From Laetmonice hystrix (taxonomy: Eukaryota): a stretch of DNA of 64,000 nt. The stretch's first letter is position 1, and every line of letters starts with the position of its first letter. This document shows, piece by piece, positions 25,201-38,854 of the stretch. Position numbers and translations under genes: made by a program. The notes under the pieces were generated by a model. That model made no database searches, was not told the DNA's origin, and was given only the letters and a program-made list of their open reading frames with translations. The stretch spans positions 3,536,001 through 3,600,000 of the forward strand of contig OZ249436.1 in assembly GCA_965235115.1 (NCBI GenBank), given 5' to 3'.

Positions 25201-28200
25201 AGGGTATTTATACGTAATTGTTGCAGCCCCCAGACGAATGTTGCGGTGTCTGTGTTGAGTTCGGCTGCCTCCATTCAGACGGGCGTTCGTACCCCCCGGG
25301 AGCAGTGATTTCCACGTCATCGTGCGAAACGTGCCGATGTCCCCCTGGCGGAGGTCGTACGGTTTGCTCGAAGGTCGCCTGCCCACCAATCGACTGCGTC
25401 GACGCTGTTCATGACGTCGGCGACTGCTGCGCCAGATGTCCCAACGGTACGTCACAAACTATAAGTAGGAAATAATTATGAGGACCAAATCCTTTCCGTG
25501 TCAGTTATTTTTATTTTGTGTTTCTTAAACTATATTCCATTATTAGGCCTATAGCAGTCACAGGCGCCGGGAGATAGCCCTATATAATAGAGAGAGGTGG
25601 AGGAGAAACCAAATCAAGACTGTAACGGACCGAAAGATTGTCACTTTTGTAGGACAATACGAAACCTGACCCTCAGCGCCTATACCCGTCTATATATTAT
25701 AGGTCTCTTTGTACGTTTTGTCAGTTATTAGCCTAATAAATAATCATATATCAAGATTACTGGTCCGAGGGTGCTGTAACTAGGGTTTCTCTTGTGCCAC
25801 AACGTCCAAAAAGACGGCCAGAAGGTGAAGGCGGGAGCGAGCGCCTGTGCTTCCTCTGACCCCGCCATTGCTTGGATTTAGGGCCTGAGGTAGGCCTATA
25901 TACCTAGAGGCCTTTAAGGGGGAAATAACCTTCTACTCTGCATGATTTTCAAATATACCATTGAGTGTGATATGGTACCCTACACATTACACATCCAAGG
26001 CGTTTTTTTATAGGCAGATTGGTAAGGCCTTGGTATCAAACTGATCAACATCCGTGTACAAGTTGTTCCTCATCACTCACTAAGCTATTACACAACCTGA
26101 GAACATATTGCCGTCCTGTATGGTTCCGTACCCCGCCCGAAACATCATGTCTGTCAACTGCGCATTTAGTCTCCGCGCAGTCACCCCGTCTCATATTGAC
26201 GGGGATACGGTGTAAATTACATACGCTTTATTTTGAATTATTTTCATCGCAGATTTACCGCTTTTTCACCGTACGTGCATGCCATCTGTCATAACATACA
26301 AGGATCGGGTGTGGGTTGATCTGAGCAGACCCTCTCCCACGGCTTCCGCAGGTCACTGCCAACCTGACCTTCACGGGTCTGGTGTCAAAACATGTATATT
26401 ATATATTCGTAAACGGAATTGTTTTCTGCTGGCTCGTCTAAGCCATTCACTGCGGGAATGAAACAGGCACTTCACAGGAAATGCAGAAAATCCTTTAGGT
26501 TCAAACACTGAATGTAATATGTAAATATTTGGTAAGTCTTTTTTAGGGAGTTCCGTTTGTACTATATGTGTAAAAATATATTTGACACTTTTAAAGTTTA
26601 ATAATCAAACATTTTGCCTTGGCTATTATATACCTAACGTATTTTGTTTGGTGAAATTTGGTTTACCTTTACATAACGAGCAATGTCCTCCTGGGTTCTA
26701 TACACATACTGGACAAAAGTTTAGTCTGATAGCTTGAGTTCACCATTCCAAAAGACCCTCAAGTGTGTTCTGTTGATACATGTATTTATTTGTGATTCAT
26801 GACCTCTTATTGTTGTGTGTGAGCTAAATGCGGGCATGTTTATAAGGGCCTAGGCATGGGCGTCAAGCGGCAAGCGTCGAGCGTCAAGCGTCATTTTGAA
26901 AATGACGCTCTGAATGTTCAGTATGGTTTTCTATTATACACCGTTCACATATGGGCGGCGCGTCAAAAAACAACGCTTCCATACTGAGCATTCAGAGCGT
27001 CATTTTCAAAATGACGCTTGACGCTCGACGCTTGCCTCTTGACGCCCATGTGTGTCTAGGCCTTTAGACATGGCCACATAATGTTATATCCACAATGTCG
27101 CTGTTCAGTGCGAGACTGAGCCTACCGATTATAGGTATTAAAGTGGCACCAAAAATTCCACAAATACTTACCGTGGAACCCCAGGGACACCACGTTAAAG
27201 GGGCATGCTATGGAACACGTTTTGGAGGATTTCCGGCAATTATCCAACATGACCGTGTACTAGGGATCCAAGTGAATAATCCTACCACAGCATTTTGTCC
27301 TCCGACGTGTTTTCGCTGCGTATGCAGCAAAAGTATAGGTTCTATACGACTAAACTTATAGATGTCTCCCGATAGCACATCTCCTGCCATAATTTGGTAG
27401 ACAACCTCCCATCAACGCGCGTAATCGCGTACTGCGTCACATCCTGCGTGTGCACTCTCTGCATGTGCTTAGTCACGTGCTTCGCTTAGATGTAAACAAT
27501 TCAGCAGTTGCACTCGATCGCCCGGCATCAGAATGCCGCCCAAAAAATATTTTACGAAATCGGCAGAGAAGCGGGCAAGGAAGCTTCATAAACTTCGATT
27601 TTTCACGCAAAATGAAACTGATAAGTCTGTCTTTGTTTACCAAGCAATATTAATGAAGGATCTCTTTATGAAAACAGCAAAAGTTCTTTGAAATACCGAC
27701 ACGTTTTCTCATAATATGCCCCTTTAAAACTTCAGGTTCGAGCGATAAGCGAAACATGAGTTACATTGTTTCCGAGTATAGGCTGGATTCCACTAAGCCG
27801 ATTTACATCCGATCGGCCATCCGATTTTCTTAACTTCTAAAATTATTGGTAATTTGTGTCATCAAATCATTAAAGGACATTTAATTTGTTAAAATCAGAT
27901 ATATATTTTTCGTCGGGCGCAAATATCTGATATATTTTATCATCAATCGGATGGCCGATCGGATGTAAATCGGCTTAGTGGAATCCAGCCTTAACACACC
28001 GCCCCGTCCGCTACTTTTTCAAGCCGAGAACTAGCGATAATCTCTTGATAAATCACCGAGTATGGCAGCGGAATTGGGTGAAAGCCAACGGAGACATATT
28101 TTACCATTCCGCTTTTATCATACTTTCGCTTCTCGCTAGACCCTGAAATTTTAACAGGGTTTGGTGTAACTTTAAAAAATACATTGTAATAGATCGAGAA

Positions 28201-31200
28201 TGTGTCGTTCTATACTTTTATTGGGGTTTCATATTGACGCTAGAGTCATCTGAACTCTTCTTGTTCTAGTTCTTCTTCTTGTTCTTCTTGTTCTTCTTCT
28301 TGTTCTTCTTCTTGTTCTTCTTCTTGTTCTTCTTCTCGTTCTTCTTCTTGTTCTTCTTCTTGTTCTTGTTCTTCTTCTCTTTCCTCCTCCTCCTCCTCCT
28401 CCTCCTCCTCCTCCTCCTCCTCCTCCTCCTCCTCCTCCTCCTCCTCCTCCGTGTGTCCTGCCTGTAGCCACCGACATCACGTGACTGTAACCCATGATCA
28501 GATCCAGTCAACTGTAACCAGCAGTGTCACGATTTGGTTACCGCCTCCATTTGGTTCCTTTCACGTGGTGCCTCCCCTGATATGGGCCACGTAACGTGAG
28601 GAATATGTGAGAAAATTAACTTAGACATCTCAGTGCCACAGACACTTTGTACTGCGGAGTTGCTCACCCCGCCGGGTGATCTTATAGTTAAGTTTTTAAA
28701 CAGATGAAAACAGACGAACAAATCTGAGGCCCGAAAAGTCGTGCAAGGAGCGTTCTTGTATTCTATAGGCCTCTCGGTGTTGTCTGGTCAACTGTCGATT
28801 GTTGAGTGAGAAAGTGAGAGTTTGTATTTTTATATCGCGTCACCAAAACATAGCGAAACTATAGGGGGCCGTTGTGGATGCCACAAAGTTAAGCATTATT
28901 GACATCCTGGGTTATGACATTGATATTTTCCTCAATGAAGCGACCGGTCTAGGCCAGATCGAATCGGAACGTCCAAGGCCATTTCCGGTAATAACGTGTG
29001 TCCCAAGATGTTGCGATTGGACCAGACCCCACGCTTTGGTCCGTTAATAACGTGTGTCCCGAGATGTTGCGATTAGACCAGACCCTATACGCTTTGGTCC
29101 AGTAATAACGTGTGTCCCGAGATGTTGCGATTGGACCAGACCCTGCGCTTTGGTCCAGTAATAACGTGTGTTCCGAGATGTTGCGATTGGACCAGACCCT
29201 ATACGCTTTGGTCCGGTAATAACGTGTGTCCCGAGATGTTGCGATTAGACCAGACCCTGCGCTTTGGTCCGGTAATAACGTGTGTCCCGAGATGTTGCGA
29301 TTAGACCAGACCCCACGCTTTGGTCCGGTAATAACGTGTGTCCCGAGATGTTGCGATTAGACCAGACCCTGCGCTTTGGTCCGGTAATAACGTGTGTCCC
29401 GAGATGTTGCGATTAGACCAGACCCTGCGCCTCGGTCCGGTAATAACGTGTGTCCCGAGATGTTGCGATTAGACCAGACCCTTTGGTCCAGTAATAACGT
29501 GTGTCCCGAGATGTTGCGATTGGACCAGACCCTGCGCTTTGGTCCGGTAATAACGTGTGTCCCGAGATGTTGCGATTGGACCAGACCCTTTGGTCCAGTA
29601 ATAACGTGTGTCCCGAGATGTTGCGATTAGACCAGACCCTGCGCTTTGGTCCGGTAATAACGTGTGTCCCGGGATGTTGCGATTAGACCAGACCCTGCGC
29701 TTTGGTCCAGTAATAACGTGTGTCCCGAAATGTTGCGATTAGACCAGACCCTGCGCTTTGGTCCGGTAATAACGTGTGTCCCGAGATGTTGCGATTAGAC
29801 CAGACCCCACGCTTTGGTCCGGTAATAACGTGTGTCCCGAGATGCTGCAATTAGACCAGACCCTGCGCTTTGGTCCGGTAATAACGTGTGTCCCGAGATG
29901 TTGCGATTAGACCAGACCCTGCGCTTTGGTCCGGTAATAACGTGTGTCCCGAGATGTTGCGATTGGACCAGACCCTTTGGTCCGGTAATAACGTGTGTCC
30001 CGAGATGTTGCGATTAGACCAGACCCTACGCTTTGGTCCGGTAATAACGTGTGTCCCAAGATGTTGCGATTGGACCAGACCCTTTGGTCCGGTAATAACG
30101 TGTGTCCCGAGATGTTGCGATTAGACCAGACCCTACGCTTTGGTCCGGTAATAACGTGTGTCCCGAGATGTTGCGATTAGACCAGCCCCTGCGCTTTGGT
30201 CCAGTAATAACGTGTGTCCCGAGATGTTGCGATTAGACCAGACCCTACGCTTTGGTCCGGTAATAACGTGTGTCCCGAGATGTTGCGATTAGACCAGACC
30301 CTGCGCTTTGGTCCGGTAATAACGTGTATCCCGAGATGTTGCGATTAGACCAGACCCTGCGCTTTGGTCCGGTAATAACGTGTATCCCGAGATGTTGCGA
30401 TTAGACCAGACCCTGCGCTTTGGTCCGGTAATAACGTGTGTCCCGAGATGTTGCGATTGGACCATACCCTGCGCTTTGGTCTTCACCCGAGTTCGATTCT
30501 TAGCAGCCGTCGTTTCCGCAGCCAGAAATCGTTAGACCGAAGTTTAAAGGGGTACTTGGGAGACCCTATTAGGCCATGATTAGCAATAATTTATAAGAGC
30601 CCTTGCCTGTCAAAAACACTTTTGCCGGATTGCGGGGGAAACTGCTCCCTGTCCCCTTTCCGTATGGCCCTGTACTTTGTAATTCTGAGTAGATTATAAA
30701 GTTTTGCTTCAAGAAACAGGTCAGTGCAATGTAATTAGTGTAAATATACATGGGCCTGCACAGTGTGTAGGCCTACATAAGAAACTATAGGTCAGTACAT
30801 GTAATTAGTATAAATATACATGGGCCTGCACAGTGTGTAGGCCTACATAAGAAACTATAGGTCAGTACATGTAATTAGTATAAATATACATGGGCCTGCA
30901 CAGTGTGTAGGCCTACATAAGAAACTATAGGTCAGTACATGTAATTAGTATAAATATACATGGGCCTGCACAGTGTGTAGGCCTACATAAACATTGTAAC
31001 GTGACAAACCATCTACTCTAAAAAACCAATGCCACCATGTCTCACCCAACAATCCCCTCTCAGTATAGTGTTTTTGTTTTCCATCCATTAACGCGCCTGA
31101 TTCCGGCGTTTCCTTACTCGCATTATGCAAGACTGGGGGTGTGGGGGTGGGGGTGGCGGTGGGGTGTGGGGGTGGGTGGGTGTGGCGGTGGGGGTGTGGG

Positions 31201-34200
31201 TGTGTGGGTGGGTGTGGCGGTGGGGGTGTGGGTGGTAGCAAAAAGCCAGTCTAGCATGTAGAAAGCCAGTCGGCACTTGTCACTATTTGACAACACATTC
31301 ACTTAACGTGAAGACCATGGTGAGGACAGACTGTTTGTGTTTTGCCAATGTGTAACGAGGGAATGCCTGTGTCTTGCCTGTAGATAACGGAGGAATGCCC
31401 GTGTCTTGCCTGTAGATAACGAGGGAATGTCTGTGTCTTGCCTGTAGATAACGGGGGAATGCCTGTGTCTTGCCTGTAGATAACGAGGGAATGCCCGTGT
31501 CTTGCCTGTAGATAACGGGGGAATGCCTGTGTCTTGTCTGTAGGTAACGGGGGAATGCCTGTGTCTTGTCTGTAGGTAACGAGGGAATGCCTGTGTCTTG
31601 CCTGTAGATAACGAGGGAATGCCTGTGTCTTGTCTGTAGGTAACGAGGGAATGCCTGTGTCTTGCCTGTAGATAACGGGGGAATGCCTGTGTCTTGTCTG
31701 TAGATAACGAGGGAATGCCCGTGTCTCGCCTGTAGATAACGGGGGAATGCCTGTGTCTTGTCTGTAGGTAACGAGGGAATGCCTGTGTCTTGCCTGTAGA
31801 TAACGGAGGAATGCCTGTGTCTTGCCTGTAGGTAACGAGGGAATGCCTGTGTCTTGCCTGTAGATAACGGAGGAATGCCTGTGTCTTGCCTGTTGATAAC
31901 GAGGGAATGCCCGTGTCTTGCCTGTAGATAACGAGGGAATGCCTGTGTCTTGCCTGTAGGTATATGAGTGTGGAAGGACCAGTTTATAACAGCTGGTTGG
32001 CTTCAAAGAAACAAAGAGTAGGTCTATAACCAAGCCAATAAAACGAGTTGATTACAAAAGGTAGGTCCACGTAAACTGATGGCCCCAGAGACCAATTAGC
32101 AGTCTTGTGTTAATGTCTCTTATGCATGCTCTCAGGTGCTTGATAAAAGTATGGTCCGAGTCTATTCGATTCCTGACCCCTTTTGACCTGATTGCAGATA
32201 ATGACCTTTGCGTTTAATATAATATATTACGTATAATATTTTAATATAATTACATAATTTAATATAATATTATACTGACGTCCAAAAGAAACTTAGTGCA
32301 ATGTTTACTTACAATTCAGTATGAAAGAAATAACAATTGCCCTGGGGGGGGGGGGTAGCTCCAATTCCAGCGGCCCTTAGTCGCCTGGATACTGGCTGTC
32401 TCTGCCTGTTCTCCCGTTGTTCTGAATCGCTATAGTAACTGGTGTGTTGAATTTTCTTGCAATATGAACCTGTGTTGTGCTCATGTTGGCCATTCCAATG
32501 ACCCTCTCGCGCTGATCACGTGACAACTGTTGCATATCGGCGGTGATGTTTGGTCAAACTGGACATCAGACACGTTAACTGAGCTCAGTGTAGGCCTATA
32601 TCGTTTGACTATCCATATTTTGGGTCAAACTGGACATCAAACACGTTAACTGAGCTCAGTGTAGGCCTATATCGTTTGACTATCCATATTTTGGGTCCAA
32701 CTGGACATCAGACACGTTAACTGAGCTCAGTGTAGGCCTATATCGTTTGACTCTCCATATTTTGGGTCAAACTGGACATCAGACACGTTATCTGAGCTCA
32801 GTGTAGGCCTATATCGTTTGACTATCCATATTTTGGGTCAAACTGGACATCAGACACGTTATCTGAGCTCAGTGTAGGCCTATATCGTTTGACTATCCAC
32901 ATTTTGGGTCCAACTGGACATCAGACACGTTAACTGAGCTCAGTGTAGGCCTATATCGTTTGACTCTCCATATTTTGGGTCAAACTGGACATCAGACACG
33001 TTATCCGAGCTCAGTGTAGGCCTATATCGTTTGACTATCCATATTTCACTTGGATATTACATGACACCATTTCACCGCACGGGACCCAATGCTTCTATTT
33101 GTTTAGACGATATGATTTCGTCTCGTTGTATTCTGCAGAAATTACGTACTTTCGATTGTAATATCACCAAGGTCCTTTTGAACGTCAGTTTACATTTAAT
33201 ATAAGCCTTTGTAGACCGTAATACACAGTAGTCATAATGGAAACAAGCAGGCTAAAGCAAGGCTATAAACTTAATCCATTGACAAAGTTAGGGTTAGGGT
33301 ACCAGGGACAGTGTACCATAACATTAACATTTACACATAACGTACCAGGGGCAGTGCACCATAACATCAACATTTACAAATAACGTACATGGGGCAGTGT
33401 ACCATAACATCAACATTTACAAATAACGTACCAGGGGCAGTGCACCATAACATCAACATTTACAAATAACGTACCAGGGACAGTGCACCATAACATCAAC
33501 ATTTACAAATAACGTACCAGGGACAGTGCACCATAACATCAACATTTACAAATAACGTACCAGGGACAGTGCACCATAACATCAACATTTACACATAACG
33601 TACCAGGGTCAGTGCACCATAACATCAACATTTACAAATAATGTACATGGGGCAGTGCACCATAACATCAACATTTACAAATAACGTACCAGGGGCAGTG
33701 CACCATAACATCAACATTTACAAATAACGTACCAGGGGCAGTGCACCATAACATCAACATTTACACATAACGTACCAGGGGCAGTGTACCATAACATCAA
33801 CATTTACAAATAACGTACCAGGGGCAGTGCACCATAACATCAACATTTAAGCTGGTATCGCACTTCACTCTGTGAACCGTATTTTTTCCCAGCCGACCCC
33901 CGGTTTGACAGAAAACGGACGTTTACAGAGGAGGTAGCGATTGATGTTTGCAATACGTTTATACAAACCAAATATGACGGACAGGTCTATATAATATAGT
34001 TTATATTAATACAGCAAATTAGAAAAAGAAAGAAGTAAAAAGAAAGAGGACACGACAGAGTCCCCTGTATTCGAATTCGATGTTATTCGCCGTTATTCAA
34101 CGGAACGCAGGGCGTGATGCATGGCGGGATAGATCACGTGCTTACCCTGAAATTACAAACAAAACGGCATTCTGTCAACGTTTTATCGGTCAACCTAAAA

Positions 34201-37200
34201 ACGTAAAAAGATAAAGTGGTGGGGTAACATTAGTCTGTAAGGGATAGCGGCGTGGGCAATATGGGATTGGTTGTGCTAGTCTGGAGCACTTTAAGAGAGC
34301 TTTAGGATATGTGACGCCATTGGTAACTGAAGAATATCTTATCTGAACAATCTCGCAATGTAACATTTCGTCAGCTGGAGCGAGCAAGTTAAAAGGTGGA
34401 ATGTATCAACAGGTCGTTCCGGACGGTCTAGTGAAATATGAACCATGGTTGTATGGTATAGATCGCTATGGTAACATAGTGAAATATGAACCATGGTTGT
34501 ATGGTATAGATCGCTATGGTAACATTTCCCCAGAATCTGGGGGTAAAAACGGAAAGCTTTATCACTATTCGTATAGCGCCACACCTAACCTTCTCTACCC
34601 TACCCTACCCTACCCTACCATAACCCTACCCTAACCAGCCCTAACGGCGGTTCCCACGCAGACCTCCCCCTGTCCTGTCCCCTGTCTCTCCCCTATTTCC
34701 AATTTGGTGAGAAATTTTGTTAAATTACGATGCGGGAACAGCCGTCCGTAAAGCCCCTGAGTGGCTGTGGCTGTACATAATCTCTGGAGTTTGAAGGAAC
34801 CGATCGACAATCCTGTCAACCTAACAGTTCCCTAGTACCCGAATTCTGAGAGCACAGTGACAATCACAATATACGCCTATAAGATAATACTTCAGGCACA
34901 ACTACAGTTTTGATACCGAAATCGTTTCTGAAATGATTTCTATAAGATTCAGCAGGGCTGTCCATAATAATCCGGTCCCCATGCAGCTTGGTGTCTAAGT
35001 CCTTGCGTCACGTTTCAACATGGGGGTTCGGGGTAAATCTTTGACGGCACGTGAACCGACGGTGAAACGTTGGGTGCCGTTAGTAACGAGGTTTTGGTGT
35101 GGTTGAGTGTCGGCAACTATAGGCCATCTTCCCAGCGAAAACACGGTTAGAATACTGTAAAAGGCGCGCTCAAAGAAAGGTAGGGGGGGGGGGGGCTATA
35201 GGCCTAGACCTATAGGCCCAGTGACTGACACGTATACCAATGCCAGGTCCATGTATCTAAGGAGGATGCTTGTCAAAGCGTAAGATTTCCAGACCATTTG
35301 GCATTCAACCACAAACATTTGGATGTCGCCTGACACTTGGCGCTTGTCTATGGTGACATACAACAGATATTTCTCCCGTGACTGAAAGGGGTTCTTAGGC
35401 CAGAACATCCGGCTGCTACACACAGATATTCCTCCTATGACTGAAAGGGGTTCTAAGGCCAGAACATCCGGCTGCTACACACAGATATTTCTCCCGTGAC
35501 TGAAAGGGGTTCTAAGGCCAGAACATCCGGCCACTACACACAGATATTCCTCATGTGAAAGGGGTTCTAAGGCCAGGACATCCGGCTGCTACACACAGAT
35601 ATTCCTCCTGTGACTGAAAGGGTTCTAAGGCCAGAACATCCGGCCACTACACACAGATATTCCTCATGTGAAAGGGGTTCTAAGGCCAGGACATCCGGCT
35701 GCTACACACAGATATTCCTCCTGTGACTGAAAGGGTTCTAAGGCCAGAACATCCGGCTGCTACACACAGATATCCCTCCTGTGACTAAAAGGGTTCTAAG
35801 GCCAGAACATCCGGCTGCTACACACAGATATTCCTCATGTGAAAGGGGTTCTAAGGCCAGAACATCCGGCTGCTACACACAGATATTCCTCCTGTGACTG
35901 AAAGGGTTCTAAGGCCAGAACATCCGGCTGCTACACACAGATATTCCTCCTGTGAAAGGGGTTCTAAGGCCAGAACATCCGGCTGCTACACACAGATATT
36001 CCTCCTATGACTGAAAGGTGTTCTAAGGCCAGAACATCCGGCTGCTACACACAGATATTCCTCCAGTGACTGAAAGGGGTTCTAAGGCCAGGACATCCGG
36101 CTGCTACACACAGATATTCCTCCTATGACTGAAAGGGGTTCTAAGGCCAGAACATCGGGCTGCTACACACAGATATTCCTCCTATGACTGAAAGGGGTTC
36201 TAAGGCCAGAACATCCGGCTGCTACACACAGATATTCCTCCAGTGACTGAAAGGGGTTCTAAGGCCAGAACATCCGGCTGCTACACATAGATATTCCTCC
36301 TGTGATGAAAGGGTTCTAAGGCCAGAACATCCGGCTGCTACACATAGATATTCCTCCTGTGTCTGAAAGGGGTTCTAAGGCCAGAACATCCGGCTCCTAC
36401 ACACAGATATTCCTCCTGTGAAGGGGTTCTAAGGCCAGAACATCCGGCTGCTACACACAGATATTCCTCCTGTGACTGAAAGGGTTCTTAGGCCAGAACA
36501 TCCGGCTGCTACACACAGATATTCCTCATGTGAAAGGGGTTCTTAGGCCAGAACATCCGGCTGCTACACACAGATATTCCTCATGTGACTGAAAGGGGTT
36601 CTAAGGCCAGAACATCCGGCTGCTACACACAGATATTCCTCCAGTGACTGAAAGGGGTTCTAAGGCCAGAACATCCGGCTGCTACACACAGATATTCCTC
36701 ATGTGACTGAAAGGGGTTCTAAGGCCAGAACATCCGGCTGCTACACACAGATATTCCTTCAGTGACTGAAAGGGGTTCTAAGGCCAGGACATCCGGCTGC
36801 TACACACAGATATTCCTCCAGTGACTGAAAGGGGTTCTAAGGCCAGAACATCCGGCTGCTACACACAGATATTCCTCATGTGACTGAAAGGGGTTCTAAG
36901 GCCAGAACATCCGGCTGCTACACACAGATATTCCTCCCGTGACAGAAAGGGGTTCTAAGGCCAGGACATCCGGCTGCTACACACAGATATTCCTCATGTG
37001 ACTGAAAGGGGTTCTAAGGCCAGAACATCCGGCTGCTACACACAGATATTCCTTCAGTGACTGAAAGGGGTTCTAAGGCCAGGACATCCGGCTGCTACAC
37101 ACAGATATTCCTCCAGTGACTGAAAGGGGTTCTAAGGCCAGAACATCCGGCTGCTACACACAGATATTCCTCATGTGACTGAAAGGGGTTCTAAGGCCAG

Positions 37201-38854
37201 AACATCCGGCTGCTACACACAGATATTCCTCCCGTGACAGAAAGGGGTTCTAAGGCCAGGACATCCGGCTGCTACACACAGATATTCCTCATGTGACTGA
37301 AAGGGGTTCTAAGGCCAGGACATCCGGCTGCTACACCATTATCTTTACGTGGAGCCATCGTTCGGTCGTGAATTCAAACCAAGAGACGGTGATGTTTGCG
37401 AAAGGTCAACTTAGTCCTAGCCTATTCGTCAGGTGAAGCCTGTTGGCTTTAAGCCAATACAGAAACTGTATCTATTTATAGGGGTATATAGAGGTCCACT
37501 GTAAACTGCACGTACTAGAATGTGCCATACTAGCAGAAGTTAATACTGTCACATATTGACACACTATCATGATATAATGTTGATATAGACACAGACTTAC
37601 CATGCGGGCATAGATCTATGTCTAAATAAGAAGAGTGGGTCGACCAAAAGGCCCTTTTTTGTTATTTATTGAGGCGTTAGCTTGGGCGGGAAACTCGCGA
37701 CCTGTGAATGAGGTTAATTTTTATGACCTATGTACTGTAGAATCTACTGTGGTGGAAGACTGCAATCGTAAGAGAGGAGCAAGGTTTTGGAAACGGCTGG
37801 CGTGGGGGGGGGGGGGGGTTAAAGGAGAGAAATCTTAGCGTTGGGGGCAGGGTCAATTCAGAAAGTTGTCGGGATCCGTCACTGCATCTTGTGTAGACCT
37901 ACATATTGTTGCTCCGTTAAATATTATAATCCTCCTGATATTGCTGTTGGTTTCAGGTACGTTGGCATGGTGACCAGTTGCTGCTGTTGGTTTCAGGTGC
38001 AAACTGTTGGCATGGTGACCAGTTGCTGCTGTTGGTTTCAGGGGCAAACTGTTGGCATGGTGACTTCCGGGTGTACATGCGGTATTTAGGTCAACACTAG
38101 ACTAGAGGGAGATTCCCTTCCACACCCGGAAGTCACGTGATCACGCGTCATCATCGCCCGACCGCGGCCAACTCAAATATCCTGTGGGCCGCTTGCTAAT
38201 TCTGAGCTACGTATTTGCGAAAGATTTGGCATATTTTCCTTACTAAATACTGGTCGCCGGGCCATAACAGTCTCACATGATGTTACTGGGAGTCCAAGGT
38301 ATGCGAATCATTATGTTTCTAAGACTGCCATAAATCGAAAAAATGAATTTTACGGCTCCCTTTAAATATTATAGTCCTCCTGATATTGCTGTTGGTTTCA
38401 GGTACGTTGGCATGGTGACCAGTTGCTGCTGTTGGTTTCAGGTGCAAACTGTTGGCATGGTGACCAGTTGCTGCTGTTGGTTTCAGGTGCAAACGTTGGC
38501 ATGGTGACCAGTTGCTGCTGTTGGTTTCAGGTGCAAACGTTGGCATGGTGACCAGTTGCTGCTGTTGGTTTCAGGTGCAAACTGTTGGCATGGTGACCAG
38601 TTGCTGCTGTTGGTTTCAGGTGCAAACTGTTGGCATGGTGACCAGTTGCTGCTGTTGGTTTCAGGTGCAAACGTTGGCGTGGTGACCAGTTGCTGCTGTT
38701 GGTTTCAGGTGCAAACTGTTGGCATGGTGACCAGTTACTGCCGGCGGGAGTCACGGTGAAGGACCCCGGATGTCGGAGCTGTCGATGCCCGCCTCACGTT
38801 GGCCACCTACCGTGGAACAGCTTCACTAAGTCCGTCTGCAGCGGGCACTGCTGA
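21930..38854 (+). CDS. Secreted von Willebrand factor type C domain protein, brorin/VWC2-VWC2L-like, 221 aa
   Basis: Exons 21930-22229, 25227-25446, 38709-38854 splice in phase (666 nt including TGA). Hydrophobic signal peptide, two VWC modules (C..C.C ... CCxxC), then the junction-spanning CPNGANCW...LLPAG segment resembling the VWC2/VWC2L C-terminus. Confidence 0.85.
22205..23031. repeat. Tandem array, 32 bp unit, ~25 copies, containing the donor of VWC exon 1
   Basis: Unit cccagctgtgtcaagtatcataag/gtgaggaa. Confidence 0.97.
23401..24866. mobile_element. AT-rich non-autonomous CACTA/EnSpm-like element
   Basis: TIRs CACTGTAAAAAA / TTTTTTACAGTG, TT on both flanks, many internal tttacag/ctgtaaa subterminal motifs. 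Confidence 0.7.
25227..25446 (+). CDS. VWC-domain gene coding exon 2
   Basis: PPDECCGVC...CETCRC...DCCARCPN-G; ttgcag / GTACGT. Confidence 0.9.
26845..27063. mobile_element. Palindromic MITE (Harbinger-like)
   Basis: Long inverted arms catgggcgtcaag...tctgaatg / cattcaga...cttgacgcccatg. Confidence 0.75.
27199..27723. mobile_element. Kolobok-like MITE with TTAA target duplication
   Basis: TTAA-AGGGGCAT ... ATGCCCCT-TTAA. Confidence 0.65.
27780..27991. mobile_element. MITE with perfect ~47 bp TIRs (Harbinger-like)
   Basis: aggctggattccactaagccgatttacatccgatcggccatccgatt and its exact reverse complement. Confidence 0.85.
28253..28450. repeat. Compound microsatellite (TTC/TTG)n-(TCC)n
   Basis: Direct observation. 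Confidence 0.97.
28983..30480. repeat. Tandem array, 51-57 bp unit, ~27 copies
   Basis: ccggtaataacgtgtgtcccgagatgttgcgattagaccagaccctgcgctttggt. Confidence 0.97.
30730..30990. repeat. Tandem array, 70 bp unit, ~3.7 copies
   Basis: Direct observation. Confidence 0.93.
31340..31960. repeat. Tandem array, 32 bp unit, ~19 copies
   Basis: gataacgagggaatgcctgtgtcttgcctgta. Confidence 0.96.
32550..33046. repeat. Tandem array, 71 bp unit, 7 copies
   Basis: Direct observation. Confidence 0.96.
33300..33848. repeat. Tandem array, 43 bp unit, ~13 copies
   Basis: gtaccaggggcagtgcaccataacatcaacatttacaaataac. Confidence 0.96.
35358..37336. repeat. Tandem array, ~54-58 bp unit, ~35 copies
   Basis: cagatattcctcctgtgactgaaaggggttctaaggccagaacatccggctgctacaca. 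Confidence 0.97.
38385..38737. repeat. Tandem array, 44-45 bp unit, 8 copies, containing the acceptor and start of VWC exon 3 (3 more copies at 37940-38063)
   Basis: Acceptor AG ends at 38401, 38441, 38486, 38530, 38574, 38619, 38664, 38708. Confidence 0.96.
38709..38854 (+). CDS. VWC-domain gene terminal coding exon 3
   Basis: GANCWHGDQLLPAGVTVKDPGCRSCRCPPH...SVCSGHC*; phase 1 matches exon 2; missed by the ORF track. Confidence 0.82.

Noticed and set aside
28229..28511. Poly-G/R/K/L ORFs
   Set aside because: Translations of a microsatellite
31299..32033. 244-aa repetitive ORF
   Set aside because: Arises from the 32-bp array; no splice or homology support
28983..37336. Regularly spaced repeats as CRISPR arrays
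   Set aside because: Units are contiguous with no unique spacers, there are no cas genes, and the context is a eukaryotic intron
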